Below, in pieces: positions 1 to 8,752 of a DNA stretch of 20,000 nucleotides (within the stretch, counting starts at the first letter, position 1; every line of letters starts with the position of its first letter). Below the pieces are notes generated by a model, which saw nothing but the letters and a program-made list of their open reading frames with translations, was not told the origin of the DNA and did not search any database. Location: IMG/VR virus record IMGVR_UViG_3300020049_004016; one strand, given 5' to 3'. The stretch is from an uncultured virus (IMG/VR IMGVR_UViG_3300020049_004016). Lineage: Duplodnaviria; Heunggongvirae; Uroviricota; Caudoviricetes. The position numbers and the translations under genes were made by a program.

Positions 1-14
1 TGTATATGCGTATT

Positions 15-137
15 CTAATCAGTGGCAATTATTATCTGTGCTATCGCCCGCCAAATATGAGATACATTTACACCATCACACATATCGGCAATTTTTACAA
101 ACAACTCATTAACTTCATCACTATTATTTCTCATCAT
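15..137 (-). CDS. small hypothetical protein (40 aa, MMRNNSDEVNELF...)
   Basis: Manual translation; ATG preceded by ATAGGAG RBS within the end of the upstream gene; not in ORF track. Confidence 0.45.
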   Translation of the reverse strand: MMRNNSDEVNELFVKIADMCDGVNVSHIWRAIAQIIIATD

Positions 138-549
138 CTACTCCTATTCCGTGTAATTCTTCAGTTTTTCGCATCAAATAATATATTTGCCAAGGTCTCA
201 CATTAGAAAAATCAGCATCTTTTTTGATAATATCTACTTCTTTAGATAAAATAGAATCACTCAAAGGTTTACGGGTTGGAGGTGATGTGTAGAGTGGGGT
301 TATAATGTCTGGTCTTTTTAAGTTCTGGCTATCTTTAGCGTATTCTTCAGCATCACATAAAAGTTGAAACAGCTTAGCTGTATAGCCACCACCCTCATAC
401 TTTCTAGTCCACATCCAAGCTACAGGCTCATTAGATTGCTCAGGTTGGGCGAGAAGGGTTTGAGTATCTCTTAGTAACTTAATATCAGCATGTATCTTTC
501 CAAATTCGTCAAACCATCTTTCTAGCAATTTTCTTTCTTTACTCATCAT
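124..549 (-). CDS. MSKER/LAQPE-family modular phage protein
   Basis: Motifs MSKERKLL, LLAQPEQ, EPVAW, PLYTSPP, KPLSD, HGIGVDDE; shares motifs with five other ORFs in the window. Confidence 0.8.
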   Translation of the reverse strand: MMSKERKLLERWFDEFGKIHADIKLLRDTQTLLAQPEQSNEPVAWMWTRKYEGGGYTAKLFQLLCDAEEYAKDSQNLKRPDIITPLYTSPPTRKPLSDSILSKEVDIIKKDADFSNVRPWQIYYLMRKTEELHGIGVDDEK

Positions 550-835
550 CTTCTCCTATGCCGTGTGCTTTAGCTATTGCTTTCTTTGCATCATCTCTGC
601 ATTTCATCCATTCACTTGGATCATCCAACGCATTAATCCAATTCTCTAATGCTTCCAGCAATTCAGGTGCGGCAGATATTAAATGTTCATCACTCAAAGG
701 TTTTTGTTCAGGTTGAGCAAGATGTTTTTTTAAATATACCTCTATTGGAATTAAAGATTCATACTCATAACACACCCCTCCTAAATCATTAAGTGCTTCT
801 AATAAAACTTCTCTTTCTTTATTTGTCATTGACAT
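539..835 (-). CDS. MSKER/LAQPE-family modular phage protein
   Basis: NKEREVL, LAQPEQKPLSDE, LISAAPELLEAL module, HGIGEDDE; start at 835 or 829. Confidence 0.8.
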   Translation of the reverse strand: MSMTNKEREVLLEALNDLGGVCYEYESLIPIEVYLKKHLAQPEQKPLSDEHLISAAPELLEALENWINALDDPSEWMKCRDDAKKAIAKAHGIGEDDE

Positions 836-999
836 ATCTCCTTAATTTCGACAACCGTTCTATTGGCTCGCATCCCTTCAATTTGACAATTGTGTTTCTC
901 ACGAGCACTACTCTCATAAGATAAGGTGCATATGATTGCACCGATTAACACGAATGTTGTTACTATAAAACTTAACACTGCTTTAGCTTCTTCATCCAT
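826..999 (-). CDS. small membrane protein (57 aa, MDEEAKAVLSFIVTTFVLIGAIIC...)
   Basis: Manual translation; AGGAG RBS; overlaps both neighbours; one hydrophobic helix. Confidence 0.65.
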   Translation of the reverse strand: MDEEAKAVLSFIVTTFVLIGAIICTLSYESSAREKHNCQIEGMRANRTVVEIKEICQ

Positions 1000-1579
1000 A
1001 AATTTCTCCTAATCGTCTTAGTTCCAAGTTTCTCAAATGAAGTTCTTTATTATTTTTCATGAACATAATCAGACTGTGCGCCATCGTGTGCGGTCTGAAC
1101 ACGAACTGGTCTTTCTTCCTACCGTTTATCTTATGAAAAGCCAGTGCTTCTTTAGCGAACGGATACCAGTCGTTGATCTGCTGGCGACAGTACAAAAAGA
1201 TCAACCCGTTAGTGTGCACATGCTTAGGCATGCGATACCGTTCGTTTTTAGCGATACCTTCTATGTAAGTCAGCTTTACGCCCAGATCGTCAGCGATCTC
1301 TTTACGCGTCATGTACACCTTATCAATTGATTTGGTTCGCACAGGTGCATACTTTTCAGCAAGTTCTTTGAGAGAACTCTCTTTCTCAGCCTTCTTTTTA
1401 ATAGATACCTTCTTGTTATCAATCGCCCAGCGTTCTTTCAACTTTTCTTTATTCGCCTCACGATACGCTTTATTCTTTTCGATCACGCTAGCCGCATTGC
1501 GTTTATACCACTCCCGTCTTGTTTGTTTGTACTTCTCTGCTGTTTCTTCAGGTGTTAATTTTGGTTTTTTAAACATCAC
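992..1579 (-). CDS. basic hypothetical protein with possible HTH (MTRKEIADDLGV)
   Basis: K/E/R-rich N-terminal repeats followed by an HTH-like segment. Confidence 0.6.
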   Translation of the reverse strand: MMFKKPKLTPEETAEKYKQTRREWYKRNAASVIEKNKAYREANKEKLKERWAIDNKKVSIKKKAEKESSLKELAEKYAPVRTKSIDKVYMTRKEIADDLGVKLTYIEGIAKNERYRMPKHVHTNGLIFLYCRQQINDWYPFAKEALAFHKINGRKKDQFVFRPHTMAHSLIMFMKNNKELHLRNLELRRLGEIYG

Positions 1580-1585
1580 ATCATC

Positions 1586-1675
1586 CTAACTTTGTAATAT
1601 TGCTAATATCAATAGCGTTAGCATGCCAAGCGCACAGACTGCTGCGATAAATTGTTTTTCATTTTCTCTGTTCAT
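1586..1675 (-). CDS. small hydrophobic peptide (29 aa)
   Basis: Manual translation MNRENEKQFIAAVCALGMLTLLILAILQS; fills the intergenic gap. Confidence 0.45.
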   Translation of the reverse strand: MNRENEKQFIAAVCALGMLTLLILAILQS

Positions 1676-1686
1676 AATTTTTACTC

Positions 1687-1711
1687 AAAAAAAATACCCC
1701 ATTGCTGGGGC
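1687..1711 (-). terminator. intrinsic terminator
   Basis: Minus strand GCCCCA-GCAA-TGGGGT followed by A and T8. Confidence 0.75.
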
Positions 1712-1730
1712 GAGTTGAGGGATAGTTCGT

Positions 1731-1970
1731 TTAGTCGTACAGATTCATAATCTGCTCTTCAATACTACTTAGCGTCTCTTCGTCGAGTACATCTACTAGG
1801 TTAACAACCCAATCATCTTTACCGTAATACACGTTGATGATATCGATGTCTGAGAACTCTGTTAAAACTTGGTCATCATAATCTTCTTCAGCATTTTCCA
1901 CATCCTGTGTAAATTCAAACTCAACATCCATGTCAACACCTGCCACTATTACGTTAGTTGAATACGTCAT
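1731..1970 (-). CDS. acidic hypothetical protein
   Basis: ORF track 79 aa, D/E-rich, co-oriented with neighbours. Confidence 0.7.
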   Translation of the reverse strand: MTYSTNVIVAGVDMDVEFEFTQDVENAEEDYDDQVLTEFSDIDIINVYYGKDDWVVNLVDVLDEETLSSIEEQIMNLYD

Positions 1971-1973
1971 ACT

Positions 1974-2105
1974 TTACCCTTGGACTACTCTAAATTCTTG
2001 TTTCTTGGCGTATCGAGCGTACTTACGCTCTGGTTCATAATCGATCAACCACCAACCGTTTTTCTCAAGCGCATGACACTGCGCTACAAATTCTTTCTTA
2101 GTCAT
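1974..2105 (-). CDS. small hypothetical protein (43 aa, MTKKEFVAQCHALEKNGWW...)
   Basis: Manual translation; TAATG overlap with the upstream stop; GGAGG RBS. Confidence 0.6.
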   Translation of the reverse strand: MTKKEFVAQCHALEKNGWWLIDYEPERKYARYAKKQEFRVVQG

Positions 2106-2608
2106 TATAACCCTCCATTCTGTTTTTCAACAGCTTTTTTATACAACTCGTCTTGACGTTGTTTACTTTGATTAGTGATTGTTTGCTTCGACACGACAAC
2201 CGGAGCAACGTCTTCTATGCACGGTCTGCCTACACGTTTGAACGCAGCGCGTACATCCGCATTACCACACATGATTTCTTTAGCCACTTGAGCGTCACCC
2301 ATATTGCGGATCTCTCTAGCGTTCAATCGTCTCACACAATCAGAGTCTTCCCATGTTGTGCCGAGAGCGATACTACCACCAGAGAACCCAGCGCCCATCG
2401 AGGTACTACCCATGCACACGTCACTAAACGATGAGGATAAACCTGGTGCTACACCAACCCCAACCGCTCTGCTCGGATCAGAACCTGTCGATGAAGACAG
2501 GTTTCTTGCATCAACGACGGTGTTAGCCGTCACTGGTATGTTAGTCGACTGTGTTGCATCGGCAAACGCTAAACAAGGTAGCAGTAAAAACGGTAGTATC
2601 TTAATCAT
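2105..2608 (-). CDS. putative exported Cys-containing protein
   Basis: Likely start at 2608 (MIKILPFLLLPCLAFA signal peptide); DVCMGS...DSDCVRR...IMC...PC pattern. Confidence 0.7.
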   Translation of the reverse strand: MIKILPFLLLPCLAFADATQSTNIPVTANTVVDARNLSSSTGSDPSRAVGVGVAPGLSSSFSDVCMGSTSMGAGFSGGSIALGTTWEDSDCVRRLNAREIRNMGDAQVAKEIMCGNADVRAAFKRVGRPCIEDVAPVVVSKQTITNQSKQRQDELYKKAVEKQNGGL

Positions 2609-3008
2609 GATCGTGACCTGGTGTGATGGTTGACGTAGCGATCGGATAATCAACCACGGTTGTTACGACAGTACCCGTAGAAATCGCAGATACGCCTTGT
2701 GTTGCGCCATGCGAATCGACAATGTTCCATGTCGGTGACACATAACCATTACCGGTTGCTGTAGAAGCAGCCGTACCGCTGATCGAGTTAGCGATGGTTG
2801 GTGTTGCGCCCGATAAAGAAAGTGTTGACGAACCGGTTAAACTTGCAGTTGAAATTTGTGACTGCGCTTGACCTACGCCAGCCGATACGTTCGTACCCAC
2901 CATTACGGTGCCGTTCATTACAGAAGCGATGTTGGCAACAGGTGCCGGTTGTGTTGCAAAAGCAGTTGAAGTTAGTAATAAAGATGCAGCTAAAGTTAAA
3001 TGTTTCAT
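2601..3008 (-). CDS. putative exported low-complexity (A/S/T/G/V-rich) protein
   Basis: Signal peptide MKHLTLAASLLLTSTAFA; AGGAG RBS. Confidence 0.7.
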   Translation of the reverse strand: MKHLTLAASLLLTSTAFATQPAPVANIASVMNGTVMVGTNVSAGVGQAQSQISTASLTGSSTLSLSGATPTIANSISGTAASTATGNGYVSPTWNIVDSHGATQGVSAISTGTVVTTVVDYPIATSTITPGHDHD

Positions 3009-3138
3009 TTGTTTATTCCTATTAAATTAAAATTAAAAAGTGGTTAAGGGTTTGTCTTGCGAAGGGCTATCGGTACTTGGTTCCGGCCTTGCCAACCTTC
3101 GACGTGGTTGTTACGTTTTTGTGTTCCCTTGAGGAAGA

Positions 3139-3170
3139 ATTATACGGAAAGTTTAGTATTAGTAAACTTT
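3139..3170 (-). promoter_or_regulatory. putative sigma70 promoter with overlapping inverted repeat
   Basis: TTTACT-16 bp-TATAAT; inverted repeat AAAGTTTA-N7-TAAACTTT at 3148-3170. Confidence 0.5.
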
Positions 3171-3190
3171 TTATTTGCGCGTAAGGTGTA

Positions 3191-4543
3191 TTATTTTTCA
3201 AAGTGTTTATTTTTCAATGCGTTAAGTAGATTAGCTTGCGTCACATCTTTGGCAGCGAGTGCGGTTATCAATCTTTCGTCGATGGTATCTCTTGCCACTA
3301 TATGTATGATACGCACAGGTCGGGTCTGTCCTTGTCTATACACACGCCCATTGAACTGTTGATAAAGTTCGAGTGACCAGTTGAGACCGAACCATACGAT
3401 GATCCCACCGCCTTGTTGTAAATTTAGACCAAAACCGGCTGACTGTGGGTGTGCAAGAAGTAGTGGTATCTCTCCACCGTTCCACCGTGTGATTGTATCT
3501 GGACTCTTATCAAGCTGTTGCGCTTGTGGGAAGCGTTTTTGTAGACGCTCAAGATCTGTTTTAAAATTATATGCAACTAAAATGTTCTCCCCTTCGTTCT
3601 GCTCAATGATGTCTGCGAGCGCATCGAGTTTAACTGAGTGTATCTCTGCCCAGTTTTTATGCTCATCGGTATAGATTGCTCCAACCGAATATTGAAGCAA
3701 CTTGTTTGCAAGCACTGCTGCTGATATTGCTTCTACCACATCACCGGAATCGAGTTCTAAAAGAAGATGTTTTTCAAACTCGTCATATTGTTTTTGGATC
3801 TTTGCAGGTAGCTCTACATACTCGGTCAAATCGATACGCTCAGGTAACTCTAGATAATCCTCCGCACTCATAGACAGAACCATATGTTGGATCGCATTAT
3901 GTATCTGTATATCAGCGCCTACTCGTGGTGTGTATTTATAACCCATGTAATCAGGTTCAAAGAAGCGTTGCTTGTACGCGGTCATAGTGCGACCTAATGC
4001 GATACCACTATCTAATAGATAAATCTGCGCCCATAGATCGAGCAGACCGTTCGACGCTGGTGTGGCAGTCAGACCGATAAAATAGTTAGTGAACGGTAAG
4101 ATTTTCTTTAAATACTTATGACGTTGTGACGCAGAGCTCTTTAGACTTGATAATTCATCGACTACCACCATATCGAAAGGCCACTTCTTACCGTACAATT
4201 TGACCAACCACGGGATGTTTTCTCGATTGATGGTGTACACGTCTGCTGTACGATGTAACGCGGTCAGACGATCTTTTTCTGTGCCCGTGCACACTTGTAC
4301 TTTTAAGTGTGTTAAGTGCCGCCAATTGGCTGCTTCAGCGTGCCAGACTGAGTTAGCGACTCGGAGCGGTGCTATAACGAGTACCTTATGCACGTTCATC
4401 TGATCCTGAAGATCGGAAATAGCCGTAAGTGTTATCGTGGTCTTGCCTAATCCTAAATCTAACAGTAAAGCACAACGTCTCTTCTCTTTGATAAACTCGA
4501 CCGCTTTGGTTTGATACGCGTGCATATCACTTTTTAAATGCAC
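3191..4543 (-). CDS. SNF2-related DEAD/DEAH-like helicase
   Basis: HAYQ Q-motif, LGLGKT Walker A, VVDELS, GLTATP, GFGLNLQ, QFNGRVYRQGQ; likely GTG start at 4543 after GGAGG. Confidence 0.93.
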   Translation of the reverse strand: MHLKSDMHAYQTKAVEFIKEKRRCALLLDLGLGKTTITLTAISDLQDQMNVHKVLVIAPLRVANSVWHAEAANWRHLTHLKVQVCTGTEKDRLTALHRTADVYTINRENIPWLVKLYGKKWPFDMVVVDELSSLKSSASQRHKYLKKILPFTNYFIGLTATPASNGLLDLWAQIYLLDSGIALGRTMTAYKQRFFEPDYMGYKYTPRVGADIQIHNAIQHMVLSMSAEDYLELPERIDLTEYVELPAKIQKQYDEFEKHLLLELDSGDVVEAISAAVLANKLLQYSVGAIYTDEHKNWAEIHSVKLDALADIIEQNEGENILVAYNFKTDLERLQKRFPQAQQLDKSPDTITRWNGGEIPLLLAHPQSAGFGLNLQQGGGIIVWFGLNWSLELYQQFNGRVYRQGQTRPVRIIHIVARDTIDERLITALAAKDVTQANLLNALKNKHFEK

Positions 4544-4790
4544 GAGCGTCCTCCATTGAGTTGATAACGCGCACATCACAACCGAGTGCACGTCTACGTT
4601 CATGATCGAGTTCTTGTAACGGTGTCGCGTGTTTACCTTCGTTCTTCAGTTCAACGAATATGATCACTCCTCCAGGTAGTGTTACGATACGATCAGGTAC
4701 TGACCTTCGTCCGCTTATGAACTTTTCAGCCATACCACCCAATTCTTTAACTCGCTTGACGAGTGCTTGCTCAATGTGTCGTTCAAGCAT
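4527..4790 (-). CDS. VRR-NUC domain nuclease
   Basis: LERHIE..., VPDRIV, FVELK, LQ motifs; typical position between polymerase and SNF2 helicase. Confidence 0.9.
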   Translation of the reverse strand: MLERHIEQALVKRVKELGGMAEKFISGRRSVPDRIVTLPGGVIIFVELKNEGKHATPLQELDHERRRALGCDVRVINSMEDARAFKK

Positions 4791-5586
4791 TATATCCAAC
4801 CTCTTTTAATAATTCGTTAGCCATACTGATGTACACTGGGTAGTCCACATCTTGCGGGAAGATGTCTGGTAGATCCATTAACGGTCTTGCGCCACCTGAC
4901 ATCGGCACTCGGTTTGAATTCTTCGCGTAGTGTATGCAGATCTCTTTATCAACGTCACGCGAGTAGTAAAAGCGTACGGCTTTACCGAGGTAACCACCTT
5001 GCCATGTTGCACCGCCAGTCACCTTACGCACTGTGACGAACTGAGTTATGTCGTTACATTCCATGATGGTTTGCTCGATAGGGGTGTTGCGCGCCACGCA
5101 ATACGCAACCGCTTTCTGTACGATCGAACAGTTCGGGTTCTTAGCAAGACCTGTGGATGCGAAGATACCTTTGCCTTTGATCTTACCGTCGGTTTTAACA
5201 GCGATGTAGTTATTAACATCTCTCGATACGAGTTTTGAATACTCGGTAGTTTCTAACTGATAACCTGTATCTAGCTCCCAATCAAAAGCGACTTCCTCAC
5301 AAGCATCTAAAAGGGATAAGGGAGCATAGCAAACAATACCATCAGTGTTTGCAGATACTATTTGTATACCTTTATCCTCCATGCGTTCTATTAAAGACAA
5401 TAGCGCAAGCTGTCCGGTCAAGGTTGTTTGTAATAATAATTCTGGCGCATAGAGAACACTGTATTTTGATCCTAGCTTGCCGAACGAGCCATTGGTCGAG
5501 AGTTTTTTTGAATCTGATTCTGTTTTGTATTTTAGTAGTTCAGCTTTGGCTTCGGACAATCTATTTTTAATTTCTATTTTAGTCAT
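4783..5586 (-). CDS. DNA polymerase (family-B-type), C-terminal half
   Basis: Motif B KLSTNGSFGKLG, TLTGQL, motif C SANTDG, DVNNY, KGKG. Confidence 0.88.
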   Translation of the reverse strand: MTKIEIKNRLSEAKAELLKYKTESDSKKLSTNGSFGKLGSKYSVLYAPELLLQTTLTGQLALLSLIERMEDKGIQIVSANTDGIVCYAPLSLLDACEEVAFDWELDTGYQLETTEYSKLVSRDVNNYIAVKTDGKIKGKGIFASTGLAKNPNCSIVQKAVAYCVARNTPIEQTIMECNDITQFVTVRKVTGGATWQGGYLGKAVRFYYSRDVDKEICIHYAKNSNRVPMSGGARPLMDLPDIFPQDVDYPVYISMANELLKEVGYNA

Positions 5587-5587
5587 T

Positions 5588-6319
5588 TTATTTATCTCTC
5601 TTTTTCCAAATATAATTCATATATGTTGGTTTATATCCATTACAAACCGAATATATATTTTGCCATTTATACGTAGGATTTTCTAAAATTATATCGTCGA
5701 CAGAATCCCATGTTCTTATAAAAACATTTTCTCTAGTGAATTGATCAAATATATATTTCCTTTTAGCTATTTTAACTTTGGCTACCATATCTTTTCTTTT
5801 GTCAAAGTCAGACCATGTTTGTATTGAACTGATTGACATTTTGTTTCTCCATTCTTCACCATAAATAAGGCCTCCAGAATGTCTATCTTTTGCAATATCA
5901 GACATTTTTTGTTTTTGTTCGTCTGACCATCGATTACCATAGTTAGGGTTTTTCTCTCCCAAATTTGTCCCTTTCAATTCGTCACAATAATCTTTAGCCC
6001 ATTTTCCCCCCGATAAAGCATCTTGACGAATGTTATATCCAAATCCCCTATCTTTTGTATTATAGTGATCCATCCAATATGCTTCTCTATCTAATAAAAT
6101 AGATTTATCATAAGTTTCAAATGTTTCTATAATTTCAAATTTAAAAACATCTGCTCCGTAAATTCTTCCGTCAGCGTGGAGATGTTTGTTAAAATCTTTA
6201 TGTCTATTTTCTTTTTTTAAATTACATTTATGGCTATACCATCGAGATGTGGTATCTTTACACGCCCCGATGTATTTCTTATTATTAACAGTGTTTGTGA
6301 TTGAATAAATAGCGATCAT
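5588..6319 (-). CDS. GIY-YIG homing endonuclease with NUMOD3/NUMOD1-like DNA-binding modules
   Basis: AIY-x10-YIG, RWYSH, REAYW, GYN; GEKNPNYG..SDEQKQKMS; C-terminal IYSVCNG..YIWK; AT-rich. Confidence 0.9.
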   Translation of the reverse strand: MIAIYSITNTVNNKKYIGACKDTTSRWYSHKCNLKKENRHKDFNKHLHADGRIYGADVFKFEIIETFETYDKSILLDREAYWMDHYNTKDRGFGYNIRQDALSGGKWAKDYCDELKGTNLGEKNPNYGNRWSDEQKQKMSDIAKDRHSGGLIYGEEWRNKMSISSIQTWSDFDKRKDMVAKVKIAKRKYIFDQFTRENVFIRTWDSVDDIILENPTYKWQNIYSVCNGYKPTYMNYIWKKRDK

Positions 6320-6348
6320 GATGTTCTCCTAGTTGGGATAATACCATG

Positions 6349-7437
6349 CTACATGTTTTTTAATTCGTTTTCAAGATTATTTATTTCTTTAGTTAACTCA
6401 GCGATCTTTTTCTTTGCAAAGTTTCTTTTTTGAACAATATCTTTATATATTTTTAAGAAAGGTTTACCCATAGATTTTGGTGCTAATTTCTGCTGTAAGA
6501 TGATGCTTGGATAGTAGCCCAAACAATCTTTCTCTTTTAGGAACCATCCTTCTTTAACATTTATATACTGCGACTTCTCACATGAGTGTAGACCACCAAT
6601 ACCCATCTGATACTTACGACCGCCAATTCTAATGTCTTCTTTCTTTAACCAATCTGGTAGCACTAGCGCACCGTTGATACCTAACTTAAACGGTTCTTTG
6701 ATAACACGTGCCAAGATGTTGTTCAATTGCTCGCTCTTGAACGATACGATCTCAGGGTCTTGATAATAGAACTTCGCGTCATCAGCAACGGTAGGTCGTG
6801 AGGGTTTCTTACCGGTAATCTTTTGCAGTTCGCTGGAGATGACCGTCTCAGCAATCTGCGCATCAGACTTAGAGCGCAAATCCATACCGTACTGCTCAGT
6901 CATCGACTCGCGTAGCGTGATCTGAGGGATGAGTGCTTGATAGAGTTCTTGTGTGGTCTGTAAGTCGTTCTCACAATAGTTTCTTAGCTCAACCCGTTGC
7001 TCAGGTGAGATGAGTGCAGACGGTTCGATAGGTAGGTCTTGCAGTTTCTTTGAGTGCAGCCTTCCACCGTAGATCTTCAAGGAAGACATACCAGGTGCTA
7101 CTTCGATAAGATCAATATGATCCCATTTTGGGCAGGGTAGATTGTTATCTTGGTAAGTCCGATACGAGGATCGGTTTGATCCGATGATCGAGTCGCATAG
7201 ACTTTTTATGTGTTTGTTGTTCCATCCACAGAGTGCTGCCACGATAATGGGTAAGTCGAAGTTATTCCCGTTGAAGCTGATCGTGGTGTTCTTACGCATG
7301 ATATTGGACAGAACTGCTAGATCTAGCGGATGGTCTTCGTACAACTCAAGGTGGATAACTTTACCAGTCTCTACGCATTTGGCCGCGAAGAGAAAGTAGT
7401 TAGTGTAGATCTCTGTATCGATGATTATCTTTTTCAT
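6349..7437 (-). CDS. DNA polymerase (family-B-type), N-terminal half (3'-5' exonuclease and motif A)
   Basis: ExoI DTE, ExoII FNGNNFD, ExoIII YCEND, GIGGLHS, motif A DCLGYYPS; likely start MKKIII at 7437. Confidence 0.88.
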   Translation of the reverse strand: MKKIIIDTEIYTNYFLFAAKCVETGKVIHLELYEDHPLDLAVLSNIMRKNTTISFNGNNFDLPIIVAALCGWNNKHIKSLCDSIIGSNRSSYRTYQDNNLPCPKWDHIDLIEVAPGMSSLKIYGGRLHSKKLQDLPIEPSALISPEQRVELRNYCENDLQTTQELYQALIPQITLRESMTEQYGMDLRSKSDAQIAETVISSELQKITGKKPSRPTVADDAKFYYQDPEIVSFKSEQLNNILARVIKEPFKLGINGALVLPDWLKKEDIRIGGRKYQMGIGGLHSCEKSQYINVKEGWFLKEKDCLGYYPSIILQQKLAPKSMGKPFLKIYKDIVQKRNFAKKKIAELTKEINNLENELKNM

Positions 7438-7463
7438 TTTATGTTTCCTTGATAGGGTAGCTA

Positions 7464-7961
7464 TCAATTAATTGGTGCTGACGGGTGGTATATCTTTTTA
7501 GCATCTAAATATGCTTGATATGCTTCTTCTTTGGTATCAAAATATCCTAAATGTATGTTTTTATAATTTGCTTTTATTCTAGCTCTCCATTTTTTATTTT
7601 TCTTATTTACTCCTGGATATCCTGATGTGTTTATACTTTTTAATGTTTGATTATGACAATTCTCCATGTGTGTGACAAGTCGTAAATTGCATAATCTATT
7701 GTCAGACCTATTTCTATTTATATGATCTATCCTTAAGTGTTCTGGTATATCTCCATTTGAAATTATCCAAGCCAACCTATGAGACTTATATGGTTTTCTA
7801 TCAACCACTATGTATGGATACCCATAATGATCTAAAGGACCAAAAATAACTGTATCTTTTGTAGCGTTAGACCCAACCGTAATTAATCTTTTAAAACTAC
7901 CAACTTCAGGATCATATTCAAACAACTCTAACAATCTTTCTTGCGAAGGATGTGGGTTCAT
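7464..7961 (-). CDS. HNH endonuclease with AP2-like C-terminal domain
   Basis: HRLAW, IDHINRNRSDNRLCNLR, NTSGYPGV, WRARI, HLGYFDT; AT-rich. Confidence 0.92.
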   Translation of the reverse strand: MNPHPSQERLLELFEYDPEVGSFKRLITVGSNATKDTVIFGPLDHYGYPYIVVDRKPYKSHRLAWIISNGDIPEHLRIDHINRNRSDNRLCNLRLVTHMENCHNQTLKSINTSGYPGVNKKNKKWRARIKANYKNIHLGYFDTKEEAYQAYLDAKKIYHPSAPIN

Positions 7962-7972
7962 TTCTTTATCTC

Positions 7973-8080
7973 ATAAAAAAAGCTACACTCTCAATTCGCG
8001 GTAGGAATGGCTTGAAATTATGCCACGCGGTTTGAAAATATAGCTTTGTTTAAATTTCAATTTAAGGTTCCTACACCTGA
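7973..8080 (-). ncRNA. structured leader RNA copy 1 (c4/CI-like attenuator)
   Basis: 16-bp closing stem followed by U tract, internal TGGC/GCCA hairpin, two segments complementary to upstream sites; paralog at 9438-9545. Confidence 0.7.
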
Positions 8081-8085
8081 AACTA

Positions 8086-8094
8086 ATTATAACA
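8086..8094 (-). promoter_or_regulatory. extended -10 promoter (TGtTATAAT) for leader RNA/HNH
   Basis: TG-n-TATAAT directly upstream of the RNA element. Confidence 0.6.
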
Positions 8095-8105
8095 CGGTAA
8101 TGAGA

Positions 8106-8127
8106 AAGCCCCAACTTAATGGGGCTT
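8106..8127 (-). terminator. terminator-like hairpin after the SSB gene
   Basis: AAGCCCCA-ttaagt-TGGGGCTT just downstream of the stop codon. Confidence 0.65.
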
Positions 8128-8134
8128 AATTTAT

Positions 8135-8659
8135 TTAGAATACGTCGTCTTCGTCTGAATCGAATGCGTCGAAATCGTTTAGACTGCCTGAAGAACCATC
8201 TCCAAAAGGTTGACCATCCTTGAAGAACTGAATGCCTAATAGAGTAGCATTTATACGCTTACCCCACGCGTTATCTTGACTCCAGATCTCGATACTCGCA
8301 TTGACATAACAACCTGAGTAAGGCTTACCATCATCTTCGGCCAGTGGAGACTTGTCTCTGTCGATAACCAGTGGACGTTTTTTAGAGCTGGCTTTTAAAC
8401 TGAAGTGATTAGCGTAACCATCATAGTCAACCAAATCACCGTCACGTAAGCACAACTTTTCAGGGCCAACTTTAGCACCCTTAAGATTGGTCTTGATCAG
8501 TTCTTTGATCTGAGCTTGGATTGATTCGATCTGATCCGCTTGCGTTTCTTTGTCAAGCAGGAAAGTACCTTCGAACCCAGTTTCTTCACCGCTGAATACA
8601 GCTTTCTTGAATAATGAAGGGAAAGACAGACGTACGTTTTTTAAGATTATTTTAGCCAT
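8135..8659 (-). CDS. DUF2815-family single-stranded DNA-binding protein
   Basis: NVRLSFPSLF, LRDGD, YSGCYVNAS, IQFFKDG.PFG, acidic C-terminal tail ending in F. Confidence 0.9.
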   Translation of the reverse strand: MAKIILKNVRLSFPSLFKKAVFSGEETGFEGTFLLDKETQADQIESIQAQIKELIKTNLKGAKVGPEKLCLRDGDLVDYDGYANHFSLKASSKKRPLVIDRDKSPLAEDDGKPYSGCYVNASIEIWSQDNAWGKRINATLLGIQFFKDGQPFGDGSSGSLNDFDAFDSDEDDVF

Positions 8660-8705
8660 TGTTATTTTTCCTTTTAGGATTGAGTTTTAAGTTTTATTTT
8701 TACAG

Positions 8706-8752
8706 CGTGTTAAGTATAACTTAACTTTTATTCGGATGTCAAATTTTATTTT
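8706..8752 (-). promoter_or_regulatory. sigma70 promoter with UP element and palindromic operator
   Basis: AAAATAAAATTTGACA-18 bp-TATACT; GTTAA-N7-TTAAC at 8709-8725. Confidence 0.75.

Noticed and set aside
3030..3135. c-di-GMP-I riboswitch resemblance (GCAAGGCC...GATAGCC)
   Set aside because: Lacks the GGCAAAC/GAAA/GACGCAAA core; the resemblance is too weak to call.
5586..6349. Group I intron or intein in the polymerase
   Set aside because: Spacers are only 29 and 1 nt, each ORF has its own start and stop, and no intein terminal motifs are present. An intron core overlapping the ORF was not recognisable but was not computationally excluded.
6316..6351. TAG readthrough or recoding fusing the polymerase N-half to the downstream ORF
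   Set aside because: Readthrough meets TGA 11 codons later and the GIY-YIG ORF is in another frame; long genes are intact under the standard code.
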